A stretch of 57,394 nucleotides of DNA, from the IMG/VR virus record IMGVR_UViG_3300017909_002551, positions 1 through 57,394 of that record. One strand, given 5' to 3'. The translations under genes and the position numbers were made by a program. This DNA is from a virus. Below the pieces are notes generated by a model. The model did not search any database. It was given only the letters and a program-made list of their open reading frames with translations, and was not told the origin of the DNA. Shown in pieces: positions 25,503 through 37,200 of this stretch (positions are counted from its first letter, which is position 1; each line of letters begins with the position of its first letter).

Positions 25503-27732
25503 GAAATCAGGACCTCCGGCTCCCCCGCCGCCCCCAGATTACACACCACAGCGTCAGGCTGCGGTTAACGTAGAGAACGCGCGACGCGGACGCGTAGCTC
25601 GGGGATACAATCAAGCGATTGACTCTTTCAACAAACAATTCAGTGGTTACGGAGGCACGCTCGCAGGTTTAGAAGACACTGTCAGCGGCCTTAAACTAGG
25701 TGATGACCTCACAGGTCTGGACGATATCTCAAACCAATTACGCAGTCTCGACAGGAACTTCCAATCTTTTTCAGAGGGGGACGTGTCTTTTCTACAGCCG
25801 TATGATGTAGAAAAGACCGCTGCCGAAAACGAGGCGCGTTATAACCGCGACTTGGCTGCATACAAGGAAAGGAACAAGGACGCTATTGCGAGGTACGAAG
25901 CCCAGCGTAAACCAGGTGTAGCAGGTGTGTATTACACTGGGATAAGAAACAAGGCAGCAAAAAGACCTGGTAATAACTTGCCATTGCCAAAATATTCTGG
26001 GGAATACTCTACGGGGTTTGTCGACCCAGCCACGGGTCGGCGTGTTGAGGCTGCGCCGAATGCTTTAGATTACGGTGGTCAGGATTTTGGAAGATTTGAT
26101 GGAGGAAACGTCCAATACGGTGCGTATGGCCTCCCTGTTGACCCAGGCTTCCAGGCTGCGGGTACGTCTTATGGAGGCGCTGTCGCCTATGACATGCCGA
26201 CCCTCAATAAATTAAACACTGGCAGAGCTGACAGCTACATGCGTCAGGTAGACGATATTGAAGACTTAATTGCGTCACTCCGCAGCGAAGAAGCAGCAGA
26301 GCAAGCTCGTGTCAGTGACTTCTTTGATGACTACATTTCTCAGGCCAACCAACGTGATATTGACGTAGAGTTCGCAGACATCAATGACGACTTCCAAAAA
26401 TATCAACGAGAACTAGCTCAGGCTCGCTCTCAAGTGGGAGACTTCGATAGCGTTCTGGATTTTTCTGATAATAGACAACGGGCATTGGCAGAGCTGGATG
26501 AGTTGGAGGCTATACTCTCTGGCCGCATATCAGCCAAGGATGCTGAACAAGCAAGGGTGGATGCTGCCCGAGCTGGCGCGCGCTCAGAGATTGATGAGCT
26601 GACGGCGGCGCTCAACGCCATGGGTATCGCAGACGCCGACTCTGAAACTATTGATGCCTTGCTTGGCAGGTTAGAGGCTGAGCGTAGCGGGCTTCGAGGT
26701 TTTGAAAGTGACCTAGACTTTGATTTCTCAAATGAGCTTGCCGATATTTACGGGCTTGACGAAGACATATATGCCCTGGGTCAGGAGCGCGCCGCCGAGC
26801 AGGCGCGCATAGACTCACTGGGTCGTAGCTTCGCTAACAGGTCTGACTCTCTTGGTCGCATAGCCGACCGTCAGGGTATCTATAACCTGGCAGAAATTGA
26901 AGACTTACAAGACGCCCTTGCCGCGCTTGAGTCAGAAATCGGCGGCACAACTTCTGAACTCGCAACAGATTTCTCGGGAGCCACTACTGGCATAGAAGGG
27001 GCGCGAGGAACACTTGAGCAGCTTCTTGCTGAAAGAGAGGGGCAGCTAGGGGCTCAAAGAGAATTGGTGGCAGAGTTGTTGTCTGGACGCCAAGATGACC
27101 CGACAACCCCTGACATAGACGAGTCAGTGATGGGCGTTCAGGATATTGCCCTTTCGGACGAAGCTGGACTTCTCGGAAGACGTGCAGACTTTGAAAGAGA
27201 GCTTGAAAACCTGGGTCGGTTCCAAGGCGGAACAGATGCTAACGTAGCTGCAATCCAAGACGCTATTGGTGCTGTAGACGCTCGCCTCAGAGAGTTGGGT
27301 GCTGAGCGCGGTGGAATTGAGGGCGAAGCCTTGGCATCCCTCCAGGACATCCGAAACAGAGAGTTCTTCACTCCTGCTGACGTAGACGCCGCCCGTCAAG
27401 AAGTGGAGCAGATACGTCAGCGTGCTGAGACATTTGGAGCTCAGCAGGCAGCAGACGAACTAGCGGCCCTAGAGCAGATTTTAGGCAGAGAGAGTAACCG
27501 TCTTGCTGAGGACGCTGCTGAAGTTGCATTCCGTGAAGGACAGGGTATGGCAGAGGTTGAGGCTCTGCTTGACCAATTCGGAAACCTGCGTTTCCCAAGC
27601 GTCGGTGATGCACAAGACGTTATGACCGAAGAACAACTCGCAGCATTCCTTGCAAATCAAAGCGAGGAAGACGAGCTCTTAAACATGCTTAATCAGACTG
27701 CGTTTGCACAGAACCTGGCAACGGGAGTCTAA
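25495..27732 (+). CDS. Internal virion/ejection protein, coiled-coil rich (745 aa)
   Basis: Poly-Pro N-terminus PPAPPPPPDY. Long Glu/Ala/Arg/Leu helical repeats. Position just upstream of the giant gene. Confidence 0.45.
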   Translation: MGKKSGPPAPPPPPDYTPQRQAAVNVENARRGRVARGYNQAIDSFNKQFSGYGGTLAGLEDTVSGLKLGDDLTGLDDISNQLRSLDRNFQSFSEGDVSFLQPYDVEKTAAENEARYNRDLAAYKERNKDAIARYEAQRKPGVAGVYYTGIRNKAAKRPGNNLPLPKYSGEYSTGFVDPATGRRVEAAPNALDYGGQDFGRFDGGNVQYGAYGLPVDPGFQAAGTSYGGAVAYDMPTLNKLNTGRADSYMRQVDDIEDLIASLRSEEAAEQARVSDFFDDYISQANQRDIDVEFADINDDFQKYQRELAQARSQVGDFDSVLDFSDNRQRALAELDELEAILSGRISAKDAEQARVDAARAGARSEIDELTAALNAMGIADADSETIDALLGRLEAERSGLRGFESDLDFDFSNELADIYGLDEDIYALGQERAAEQARIDSLGRSFANRSDSLGRIADRQGIYNLAEIEDLQDALAALESEIGGTTSELATDFSGATTGIEGARGTLEQLLAEREGQLGAQRELVAELLSGRQDDPTTPDIDESVMGVQDIALSDEAGLLGRRADFERELENLGRFQGGTDANVAAIQDAIGAVDARLRELGAERGGIEGEALASLQDIRNREFFTPADVDAARQEVEQIRQRAETFGAQQAADELAALEQILGRESNRLAEDAAEVAFREGQGMAEVEALLDQFGNLRFPSVGDAQDVMTEEQLAAFLANQSEEDELLNMLNQTAFAQNLATGV

Positions 27733-27735
27733 CCC

Positions 27736-29247
27736 ATGGTAGCTTTTTCAACAGCATTCAGCGCAGCGTCCTCACTATCTAATGTGATAGGCGGCAAAAG
27801 AGCTAGTAGACAAGCGGAGAAAATGGAGCGCTACCAGGCTGCTGTGGCTGAGCAGGCTCGCAGAGATAACAACGCCAACAACGCGGCTATGGCTCAGCTC
27901 GGTGCTTACAACATGGGTCTTGTAGAAGACCAAAATGACTACTTTAGAGAACTCCAACGTCAACAGAATATTGCAGAGCAAGAGCGTCAACGATACCTGA
28001 GAGGAATGGACGCCAGAAGCGAAGACCGTCTCCTAGACCAGATTAACAGAACTGTTGACCGTCAAGAATTAACTGACGACCTAGAGCTTGAGCGCCGTCA
28101 ATTTGAGTTGGAAAGAATTGCAAGAGACGACAGGCTGACAGAGCAAGAGCGAAGATTTGCACTCGCAGAACTCGAACGGGAAAGAGACAGGGCTCGCCGT
28201 CAACGCCGTCAAGAGCAAGCTCGAATTGACCGAGGCGACCGAACTGTAGCAGACGAATATGAACTACGTCGTAGGCTTCTCGATGAAGACAGAATTACTA
28301 GGTCTGCTGAACGTCAGTTTGAGATTGACCGCCAGAACCAAGCAATCGCACAGGCCGTGGAGACACGCAATCGTATGCGCGATGTGCTGGATGACTACGG
28401 TCGGATTACAGCACCAGAGTTGATTGGCGGAGATGAGATAGCGCGCCGTGCTGACCGCTACTATGACCAGTATAGCCAAGAGGTAGACCAAGCCCTCGAC
28501 AGAAACCTGTCTTCGCTAGAGGCCGACCTTATTAGAAAAGGCATGGAAGGCGGTGGCTCGAGTAATGCGCAACGTGCAGAGATACTTGCGCGGATTGCTC
28601 CTCAGTTTGCGAGAGCCCGTGCCGATGCGAATACTCAGGCTGGACGTGAGGTAGCAACAGAAAATCAAATCTTGCAAGATAGGTTCAAAAACTTGCGGGA
28701 GGCTATTGGTGTCAACCTTGACGCTGAGCAACAAGTCGGAACAACTGCGCTCGACATGCAGGCACGCCTAAGCAACCCAAGTACATCAGCCGTCTTGAAC
28801 CGTGATATAGGAAGTGCTTACAATCCTTACACATCTCGCGGCCCTCAGACTTCTATGACTGGCGTTACAGGGCCTATTTCAATAGGTTCACAAGTGCGTG
28901 ACATAGGCAGTCTGTCTTCTGGTTACGGCAGCCAGTTGAGCATGCCAACACTGGGCATGACAGGAACTGACGCACGCGGTTACGCGGCGTCACCGACCCT
29001 TAATACTCCCAACTACACAAACTTCTTTGATGCGTCAAATACTGGCGCGCGCCAAAACCTCACGGATGCTGCGTCTTCTGCTAACCAAGCGTATAACCGA
29101 GCCGCAGACGCATTTAGAGCTAGAGGCAGCGCAAGGGCTGACTTCATAGGGCAGGCAGGAACTCTGTTGGACGACGTATTTAACCTGGGGGCGTATAGCG
29201 ATGACGCTGGCACTCGTTCAAAATACCGACCAACTAAGGAGGATTAG
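27736..29247 (+). CDS. Internal virion/ejection protein, Arg/Glu coiled coil (503 aa)
   Basis: ERQRYLRGMDARSEDRLLDQ...ELERERDRARRQRRQEQARIDRGD. Confidence 0.45.
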   Translation: MVAFSTAFSAASSLSNVIGGKRASRQAEKMERYQAAVAEQARRDNNANNAAMAQLGAYNMGLVEDQNDYFRELQRQQNIAEQERQRYLRGMDARSEDRLLDQINRTVDRQELTDDLELERRQFELERIARDDRLTEQERRFALAELERERDRARRQRRQEQARIDRGDRTVADEYELRRRLLDEDRITRSAERQFEIDRQNQAIAQAVETRNRMRDVLDDYGRITAPELIGGDEIARRADRYYDQYSQEVDQALDRNLSSLEADLIRKGMEGGGSSNAQRAEILARIAPQFARARADANTQAGREVATENQILQDRFKNLREAIGVNLDAEQQVGTTALDMQARLSNPSTSAVLNRDIGSAYNPYTSRGPQTSMTGVTGPISIGSQVRDIGSLSSGYGSQLSMPTLGMTGTDARGYAASPTLNTPNYTNFFDASNTGARQNLTDAASSANQAYNRAADAFRARGSARADFIGQAGTLLDDVFNLGAYSDDAGTRSKYRPTKED

Positions 29248-29249
29248 TA

Positions 29250-31151
29250 ATGGCATTTGGTGGATACGACTACGAAGGGTTTAGAGACCGCACAGACGAA
29301 ATGGAAACCAAGCGTCTGGATGTGGCGAAAGCCTTTGAAGAGTTTAAGAAGAACAACCCATACGCCACAGCATCAGAGCTGCAATCGGCCATCAACCAGA
29401 TAGCTGGGCCGAACCCTTATCTGCGTGCTGGCGGAGGGACACGCCAGACTGTAGACGAACTCGCCAAAAGAAACAGGCAGGCTTACCTGGAAGAACAGAG
29501 AAATAAGCTGAGCGAAGACATGGACTTTTTTGAAAGGCAGAAAAAGGAAGCCAAAGAAAAGCTCTTCTCAGCGTATTATGACACAGGTGATTTTGAAACT
29601 GCCAAGAACAGGGTTCTGAGTAATCTTGGTGCAGGCGGAACAGGAACTGAGTATGAGCAGTTAACGCTTCCACGGCTCGAGGACTACGTAACAGGTTTAG
29701 ACAAATCCGTAGAAAACCAGTTTGTGAAGCGCATCTTTGACGAAAACCAGGATGCCATGAATGACACTATTGCCAATTATGGAAGCTATGATGACTTCGT
29801 TTTCAATCTTCCAAACCAAAATGTCGCCAATTCACCCGCTCTAAAAAACGCCTTCAACCTAAGAAAAGGAAAACATGATTCAGATGCTGAGGCCCAGGTG
29901 ATGCAAAAAGTTATGGAAATTGCGTCAGACCCAACTAAGGCAAACCTTTACCGTAGCGGCGCTTTGAGTTTTTTTGACACACAGTTTGGTCCCTACTTCA
30001 AGGCCAACCCGCAGGCATTAACTGCTGCAAACGAAATGCTGCAAACCGCTCAGCAGACAATTCACGCAACTCAAATGGGACAGCTAAATATAGCGGCCAA
30101 GGAATACGCAGAAAAGTACTCTGATGGCATGCAGGGAATCATGCAAAACGTGATTGGAAGTTTGACGGATTATCCTGACGGTGTTCAGCAAGCTCTTCGC
30201 CAAATAAACGTGGAGTTCCGCCCGCAAGGTTCTAGCTCTATGAGTGGTATTGTTGCAGCCGTTGAGGCACTAAAAGATGAAGACGATATTAAGGCAGAAG
30301 ATGCGAAGCAAAAAATAATCTCTGCGTCTGGTGGCGCTCTTGTGTCCAAAGCAGAATTTGAGGGTGCGATAGCTGACAGCTACATATCATCAACTGGTAG
30401 ACCAAAGAAACTAACAACCATTACGGCATACTCAAAAGAGCTGTTTGACCCCGAAAGCGGAGACATACCAAGGCGCGTCAAGGAGTCAGCAGACCGTGTC
30501 AATGACGTGGCCAAACCAACCGAAGACTATCTCGACGGCAAGTTGGGTAAATTCCAAGCTAGGTTTGGGCCCCAGGCATACGCTTCGCATATTGCAGACA
30601 TTGATATTGAAATTGCTCGCATTCAAAGCAACATAAATGACATCGACCAAGCAATAGCATACGGCCAAAATCAGACAAATTTCTTGGGTACATTCGGCGA
30701 AGACTTTAACACGCAAGCGGTCAGTGAAAACAACGCATCTGGTCAAGAGGCCAAACGGGTTCTTGCGGCTCAGTTGGTACAACTTCAGGAAGCTAAGAAT
30801 CAGGTTCAAAGCTCTCTGGCTCTCGCCGAACGCCGAGTTCAAGGTAATTTAACAAACAGAGACATAAGCGGCGCAGAGGTTCAACGTCTCGCTCAGGAGT
30901 TTTTAAGAATGGGCGGAACCCTAGATATGCTGACAGGTCAAGCGCCAGCAAGTCAGCAGCTCAGTCCCGCTTTAAGGTCTCCATACGCGTTCCAGCAAGC
31001 AGGGCCAGACCGAGCATCAGTACTCAGAGAAATTTTGAAACAGTCTGGGATTCAGACAAACCAACAAAGAGATATGCGTGGCAATCCTATAGGCAATCCA
31101 CAACTAGAGCAGAACAGGCTCATCCAACGCCTTATAGACGCTCTTCAATAA
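29250..31151 (+). CDS. Internal virion/ejection protein (633 aa)
   Basis: Position and helical composition only. Confidence 0.45.
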   Translation: MAFGGYDYEGFRDRTDEMETKRLDVAKAFEEFKKNNPYATASELQSAINQIAGPNPYLRAGGGTRQTVDELAKRNRQAYLEEQRNKLSEDMDFFERQKKEAKEKLFSAYYDTGDFETAKNRVLSNLGAGGTGTEYEQLTLPRLEDYVTGLDKSVENQFVKRIFDENQDAMNDTIANYGSYDDFVFNLPNQNVANSPALKNAFNLRKGKHDSDAEAQVMQKVMEIASDPTKANLYRSGALSFFDTQFGPYFKANPQALTAANEMLQTAQQTIHATQMGQLNIAAKEYAEKYSDGMQGIMQNVIGSLTDYPDGVQQALRQINVEFRPQGSSSMSGIVAAVEALKDEDDIKAEDAKQKIISASGGALVSKAEFEGAIADSYISSTGRPKKLTTITAYSKELFDPESGDIPRRVKESADRVNDVAKPTEDYLDGKLGKFQARFGPQAYASHIADIDIEIARIQSNINDIDQAIAYGQNQTNFLGTFGEDFNTQAVSENNASGQEAKRVLAAQLVQLQEAKNQVQSSLALAERRVQGNLTNRDISGAEVQRLAQEFLRMGGTLDMLTGQAPASQQLSPALRSPYAFQQAGPDRASVLREILKQSGIQTNQQRDMRGNPIGNPQLEQNRLIQRLIDALQ

Positions 31152-31159
31152 GGACGACC
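31152..31159 (+). promoter_or_regulatory. GGACGACC motif directly after the stop
   Basis: ATAAGGACGACC, the same 12-mer as at 8279-8290. Confidence 0.3.
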
Positions 31160-31167
31160 ACACAAGA

Positions 31168-31219
31168 GGTTCTCCAGTAGTTTGATGGGAATACCCACTA
31201 AACCGGAAACTGGAGAACC
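31168..31219 (+). promoter_or_regulatory. 11-bp perfect inverted repeat occluding the RBS of the giant gene
   Basis: GGTTCTCCAGT (31168-31178) pairs with ACTGGAGAACC (31209-31219), loop 30 nt. The GGAG at 31212-31215 is the only SD-like element, 7 nt before the GTG at 31223. Confidence 0.55.
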
Positions 31220-31222
31220 GAC

Positions 31223-34200
31223 GTGGCACAAAAGTTTGACAACAACTTTAACACTGACCTATTTAGCTTTGATGAGGATGTATCAAACGTATCATCCTAC
31301 GACTCTAGCACTCTAAGCACCGCAACCGGACTAGACGCATTTCGCGACCCGCGATTTATCGCTGAGCTGCGCGAGTACTACGCCAACAAGGGCGATTACT
31401 TCAACAACGATGCCGACCTGATTGACGCCTTTTATTCCGACCAGACATGGGGGGCTATGAACACTGGTTCGCTGGCGAAAGATATCGGCGAAGCATACAC
31501 CTCCAGCGATAGGCAAGTAACCCTCATGCGCCGCATGAAGGAAGTCTATGATAGCACCCCCAATTTCTACGAAGAGGGTGGGCGCGGAGCTGCTGGACTT
31601 GGGCAGAATATTCTTGCCGCCGCAATGGACCCCCTTAACTTAGTTGGTTTTGGTGCTGGTGGTGCCGCTGCAAAAACAGCATTAAGAGCTGGAGCATCCA
31701 CAGGCAACGTGTTGGGTGCGGCGGCGAAAGCTGGTGCAAAAGCTGAGGCTCTTGCTGGTGGTATCACCGAAGGTGCTTTCAACACTCTTGAGCAAGTGCG
31801 CGACAAGCAAATTGGCTTACAGGATGAATTTAGCTTTGGTCGGCTTGCAGGCGCGACGGCCCTTGGTACTGCTGCGGGTGGTGCTCTTGGCGCTGGTTTT
31901 GGTGCCCTTGGCGCTGGATTTCAAGCAGGCACGAGAGGCATGGACATCCCTGGGTCATTCACTATTGGCAGAGAGAACGCAAGGCTGAAAGCACTGGATT
32001 ACTCCGACGAAGACATAGCAATGATGCCTCAGGAGTATGTCAAAAAGGTTCTTAAAACTGACTTGAGCCGTGCGGAAAATGTTGATTTTCAACAGATGGA
32101 CGCCCAGGCTCAGGCTGAAGCAACTGGTGCAGGGCAAGAGGGCGCAACGGGTCAAGCCGACGGGGATGCTGCCCAGACACAAGCGCAAGAAATAGAGGAC
32201 GCCAACCGCACTGGTATAGACGTAGGACGTACAATCAATATAGAGGCGATTGACAGGGAGCTTGCGAGGTTGGCAGACGACTTGCGCGAAAACCTTGAAA
32301 ACCCCACCGTTCGACAGGAAATCAACGACCAGATTAATGCCTTTGAAGAAATGCGCCAACTTGGTCAGCGCATGAACAACCACCGCAGCGAAATAGCTGA
32401 GGGCTTGGAGTCAAACGACACGGCCAAAATTAACAGGGCGAAGGCGCGTCTCACAGAGCTTAACAACCTGCGAGCACTGTATGACCAAGCGATTGAGAAC
32501 AATGACCCTGGCATCATTGCCCGTATCAAGAAAGCGGAAGCTGAGTACGCCGCCAAGAAGGCTAAGGAAGAGGAGGCTGCTGCAAAAGCTGCCACCGCAG
32601 ATGCTGCAAAGGCAGCCCCCGCAGCGGAAGCTCCTGCGGCAGACGCAGACGCTCAAAAGCCAGCAAGCCTAGACGACTTCCAGTTCACTGGCGACAAGAC
32701 AAAAGCGAAGGCTGAGGCTGCTGGGCTCACAGCAGAGGACTTTGCTAACGAAAGCCCGTCTGGGCGAAATGGCAAATTTAACGCCAAAGATATACGCAGG
32801 ATTGCAAAGGCAAAAGGCACTGAACCAGGCGCTACACCTGCGGAGGCTGAGGCTGCGCTTCCCGAGGAAGCCGAGGCAGTACCTGCGGATATTATTTACC
32901 GTAGTGAAAACCAGCGCAAAAGTATGACAAAGATGCTGGACGATGCTGGTATGGACGAGGATGACCTACGAGCATTGATTGCTAACGGTCAGCTCAAGGT
33001 TCGCGAAGACGGCGTCACTCTAACAACGGAAGCGACCAAACAGCTACGCACCCTTACGAAAGACGCTCGAGACAAAAACATCTCAGACGAAAAACTGTTT
33101 GGACAAGCTATAGATGCGCTCGAGCCCATCCGCGAAAGACTGGGCGAAGAAAAGTTTATGGCAATTCTTCAGCATGAGCCTCGTGTCATCCGTGAGATTT
33201 TGCGTAAGTCTGACCCCAAGGGTGCTGACGCCCTAATGGATGCAGTTGAAAGAGTGCTAGCAGAAGACGGACTTCAGTCATCTGTGAGACTTACAAAGAC
33301 TCAGAGACGTCGCTCCAAAATCATCAAAGACAATCTGATTGCAAACAACCCAGGCATGTCGGATGACGTGGCTCAAGCTATTGCTGACGGCAGGGCACTA
33401 GCCGAGTCATTCCAACCGAAGCCAGCCGCAAAGAGTGAAATGACTGGGACGCTTGGAGACGCGCCAGTTGAGACAACCGCTGGCAGAACAAATCGCGGTC
33501 GCCTTCAAAGTTTCTTACGCGGAAATACGCCGATTGGAGATGGGCGCACAGTTATTGGTCGAGCCCCCATGGTTATTCGTGGCACAGAAGGTGAAAGCCA
33601 GAGAGCTGGGGTTATTTACGGCGCAGACCAGGCAGTTGCTTTTGCAGAAAAAGAAATACTGAAGGACTTTGTAGACCCAGATGGTGTAACACGCTCTCGC
33701 CTGGAACAAGACTTGTCGCCAGTTAGGTACGTCTCCACGGGTGGCGAGGAAATATTTGGTGGCGCAGCAACAACCAAATCGCTTCCAAACAATCGCAAGC
33801 AAATCCAACGAGAAAAAGCTCAAAAGGGTAAGCCGTACTTCTACGACCCCGTAACCAAGAAGTTCTATAGGGACGAGGCTTTGATGCGCTACATGCGTGG
33901 CGAAGCCGAGAAAGCTCCTGGCAAAGACGTCAATATTGACGAACCATCAATGCCTGAGCGCCAGCGCTTAGCTGAGATTGCGAGCAGCTTTGTAGACGAA
34001 CACCAAGATATAGACCGCTTGATTGCGGAGTTAACAAATGTTGATACCGTCCGCGTTGCTCGAGAGGCAAAGGGCAATGTCCCAGATGTGCCGAACATTG
34101 ACGCTGACGGCAAAATACTGGCGCTCCGACCGAAAGACCCAGAAAAACCCATACGAGTCATCTCTCAGAAGCAGCTTCAATCTGGTGCTGACATAAACAC

Positions 34201-37200
34201 TCTGTTAGGCAAGTCAGACATAAATGACTTTGAGGTGGGTTATGTAGACGGCAGCTCAACATACGGGACTAAGTTGGCCGAAAGCTCATTTGAGCCGTTT
34301 ACTCCAGGCGCCAATGCGCCAACCCGCGCGTTTATCAGTTCCTACGAGGCATCAAAAATCCCTGTTGAGATTGATGAGGGAGACTTGTCCGCCATCCTTA
34401 CAATGGCAGAGACGGTGCCATTGGGTGAGAGAGGCCAAAATCCTTTCAAAATCTTAGAGAAGCTAAAGCAAGGCGACCTTAACAAGCAAAAGGTAGACGA
34501 GATATTGCGCGCAACTGAGATGTACATTGGATGGCCACTCAGCAGGAAGCAAACAAACGTAATTGATTTTGTCCGTGCCTTACATGAGTTCCGAAACAAG
34601 TACGTTCCTGAGGAGATTCGCCTTCCTACTGAGGCGCTCAAAGAGAGCCAGAAACAATTAAAAATACATACAGTAAACTTCACTGCGTCCGAAAAAAGGG
34701 AGGCGCGTCGACTATTAGAGGTCTTGTCTGGTGCGGGCAAAGGTTCACCCAAGTTTGCAGACACAACCATCCTTTCTGGCTTTGGAACTGCAAACGGAGA
34801 GTATTCTATCACAGGCAATACGATAAAGCTCGCCTCGGAAATGGTGAACACTGAGCATCCACGTTTGCAAACCTTGCTTCACGAAATGGCGCATTGGGCA
34901 TACGCAAATGTGCTGTCCAACGAAGACCGTCTTTTGTTCTGGGACGGAATGCAAAAATACTGGGACAATAAGGGAACACTCTATGATGATGTATTGAATA
35001 TGAATGTTCCTGATAAGGCTCTTTCTACGGCGATAGGCATAAGAAAAAAAATCCGCACCCCTCAGGAGTTCTTCGCTGACCAGTTTATGATTTGGGCAAC
35101 GCAAGAAAGGCTGGCCCCAAAGTTTCGTGACGTGGCTTACTATGAGGGAATGAGTCAGTTTGTTAGCCCTCAGTGGTGGTCGACTATAGCTCGCTACTTG
35201 CGCAACATCGTTGACCAGATGCTAGACCCCAATAAGGTTGACCAAGACCTAGTTCCTCTGTTCTCCAAAATCATGCCCGACCCAGAGCGCGCAATCGCAG
35301 CTCAAGAAGGTGTTGTCGCCCCAACCTCTGAAGGCGGCGCTGCGCTGATGCGGCGCATGGTAGACTACCAGCTAACTATGGATGACCTGCAAGAAGCACT
35401 GGATATTGAAAGTCCAGAGGGCATCATCAATCATGCCCTTTACCTCGCTGACAGGCTCAAAGGCCAATCTGGTGGTACGCAAACTAGACCGTTTCGACTG
35501 ATGGCAAGCACGAATGGTTTAGCTCGCACTTTATCTAAGCGTATTTATGAAGCCGCAGAAATTCCCAAAGATGTTGTGGATTCAGGTGATATGGACGCCT
35601 TCCTCAGAACCGACGAGTTTATCTCGAGCATGGAGCGACGAGCAGAAAGAGTAGTAAGGGCGCTGGACGGGATAACAGACGGCGAGACAGAAGGTCAGGC
35701 TATGTCAGCCTTTGAGATTATAGACACTATAATTTCACAGGGACGAAAAAAATATAATAGCCTGAAAGCAGAAGAGACCAACATTCTCTCAGACTTGTCT
35801 CTTGCGCCTCGTAAAAAAGAGCACCCATACCGCAAAAAACAAAGGTTTATTGGTGCAAACGCAAAGCGTCGCCGCAAGGCCGATAAGAAGAAGGCCAGGT
35901 CAGAAGCGCAAGCGGTACAGCAAGTCAACGAAATTGACGTAACTGAGACTGCTACAGTTGAAATAGAAGCCACGTTTTCTCCGCGTACAGCTCCGACCGA
36001 CAAGCTGCAAAAAGTTTTTGAAGAAAACAAAAACGACTACGGCAGACACATCGGAATGGAATTGCTCCGCCGTACTCGCGCTGAAGTTCAAGACCCGAGC
36101 TTGGTACAGATTGAAGTCACAGACCCAATGGTCTCAGAGGCAATGAACCGAGAGGTTACTTTCACGGTTGGCGTAGACAAAGACAGCGTCACCCCCTCTG
36201 GTCCCTTTGCTTTGCGTGAGGCGCAAAACGCTCTGTCGCAGCGCGTACCAGTAATATCTCACGGCATGAAGACAATGTATGCCCGCATCAATATGCTTTC
36301 TGGAGCAGAGCAGGGAGAGACTACAGTTGGTCTCCTTAACGCAATAGGCGGCAACTATGAGTCTGCCAGAGTCCCCGAAATTTTCATGGGTGACTACAAC
36401 TCGGATGCCTTCAAGAGTGCTAGAAGTCGTTTGCGTAACATGGCTGTTGCCATGGAGGGCGGAGATGATTCAGTAGTCGACAACTTAATTGACTTCCTAA
36501 TTGGTTCAGAAATGCTGGTCATAAAGGACGAAGTTGCAGCATCTATGGGTGTTGAGACGGCAGAACAGGTGGTCAATATTCTGAAATCAAGCATGCGGAA
36601 GAACCCAGCAGACTTAGATTTTGGAGATGCGGCAGATGTTCTGGTTGAGCAGGTCTCTGAGAATATCGCCTACATAACCAATGGCCTCATGCCAAACGGC
36701 CTCAAAGAAAAATTCCCCATGATTGACCGCTATGGTGATGTTTTCACACCACCCGAAGCGTCCTTCTCCAGCCTTCCTGGCCGCTCCGATACCATCAGGG
36801 CTCGCATGTCTACGCCAATGGCGTCTGAATTTGCCATGGATAGTTTTGCTTCTTCATCACCAGGACGCAAAAATGCAATCCTAAACTTCGTGGGTAACGG
36901 AGTTGGTGGTGGCGACACCCCAGTTCCTTACTTTGGTAGTCGAGTTAGTGGTGGTGTCGTCTCCCCTGTAAAGACAGGTTTTGGACGGGCGAAGCGCGTA
37001 TTCCTGAGTGCCAACGACGCTGACGAAAGGGCAAATCTGACAGCAGAGCAAGTATCTGAGGCTATGGCAGGGCAACCAAGTGAAGCAACCGAGGATGTGC
37101 TAAATCTTCTTGAAAGCCGTGCTAGATACCAAGAGCTCTCCGCAAAAATGCGAGACCGCGCCGAACAAGGAAACTCAGATGTGTTCTCAGCCGAAGCAGA

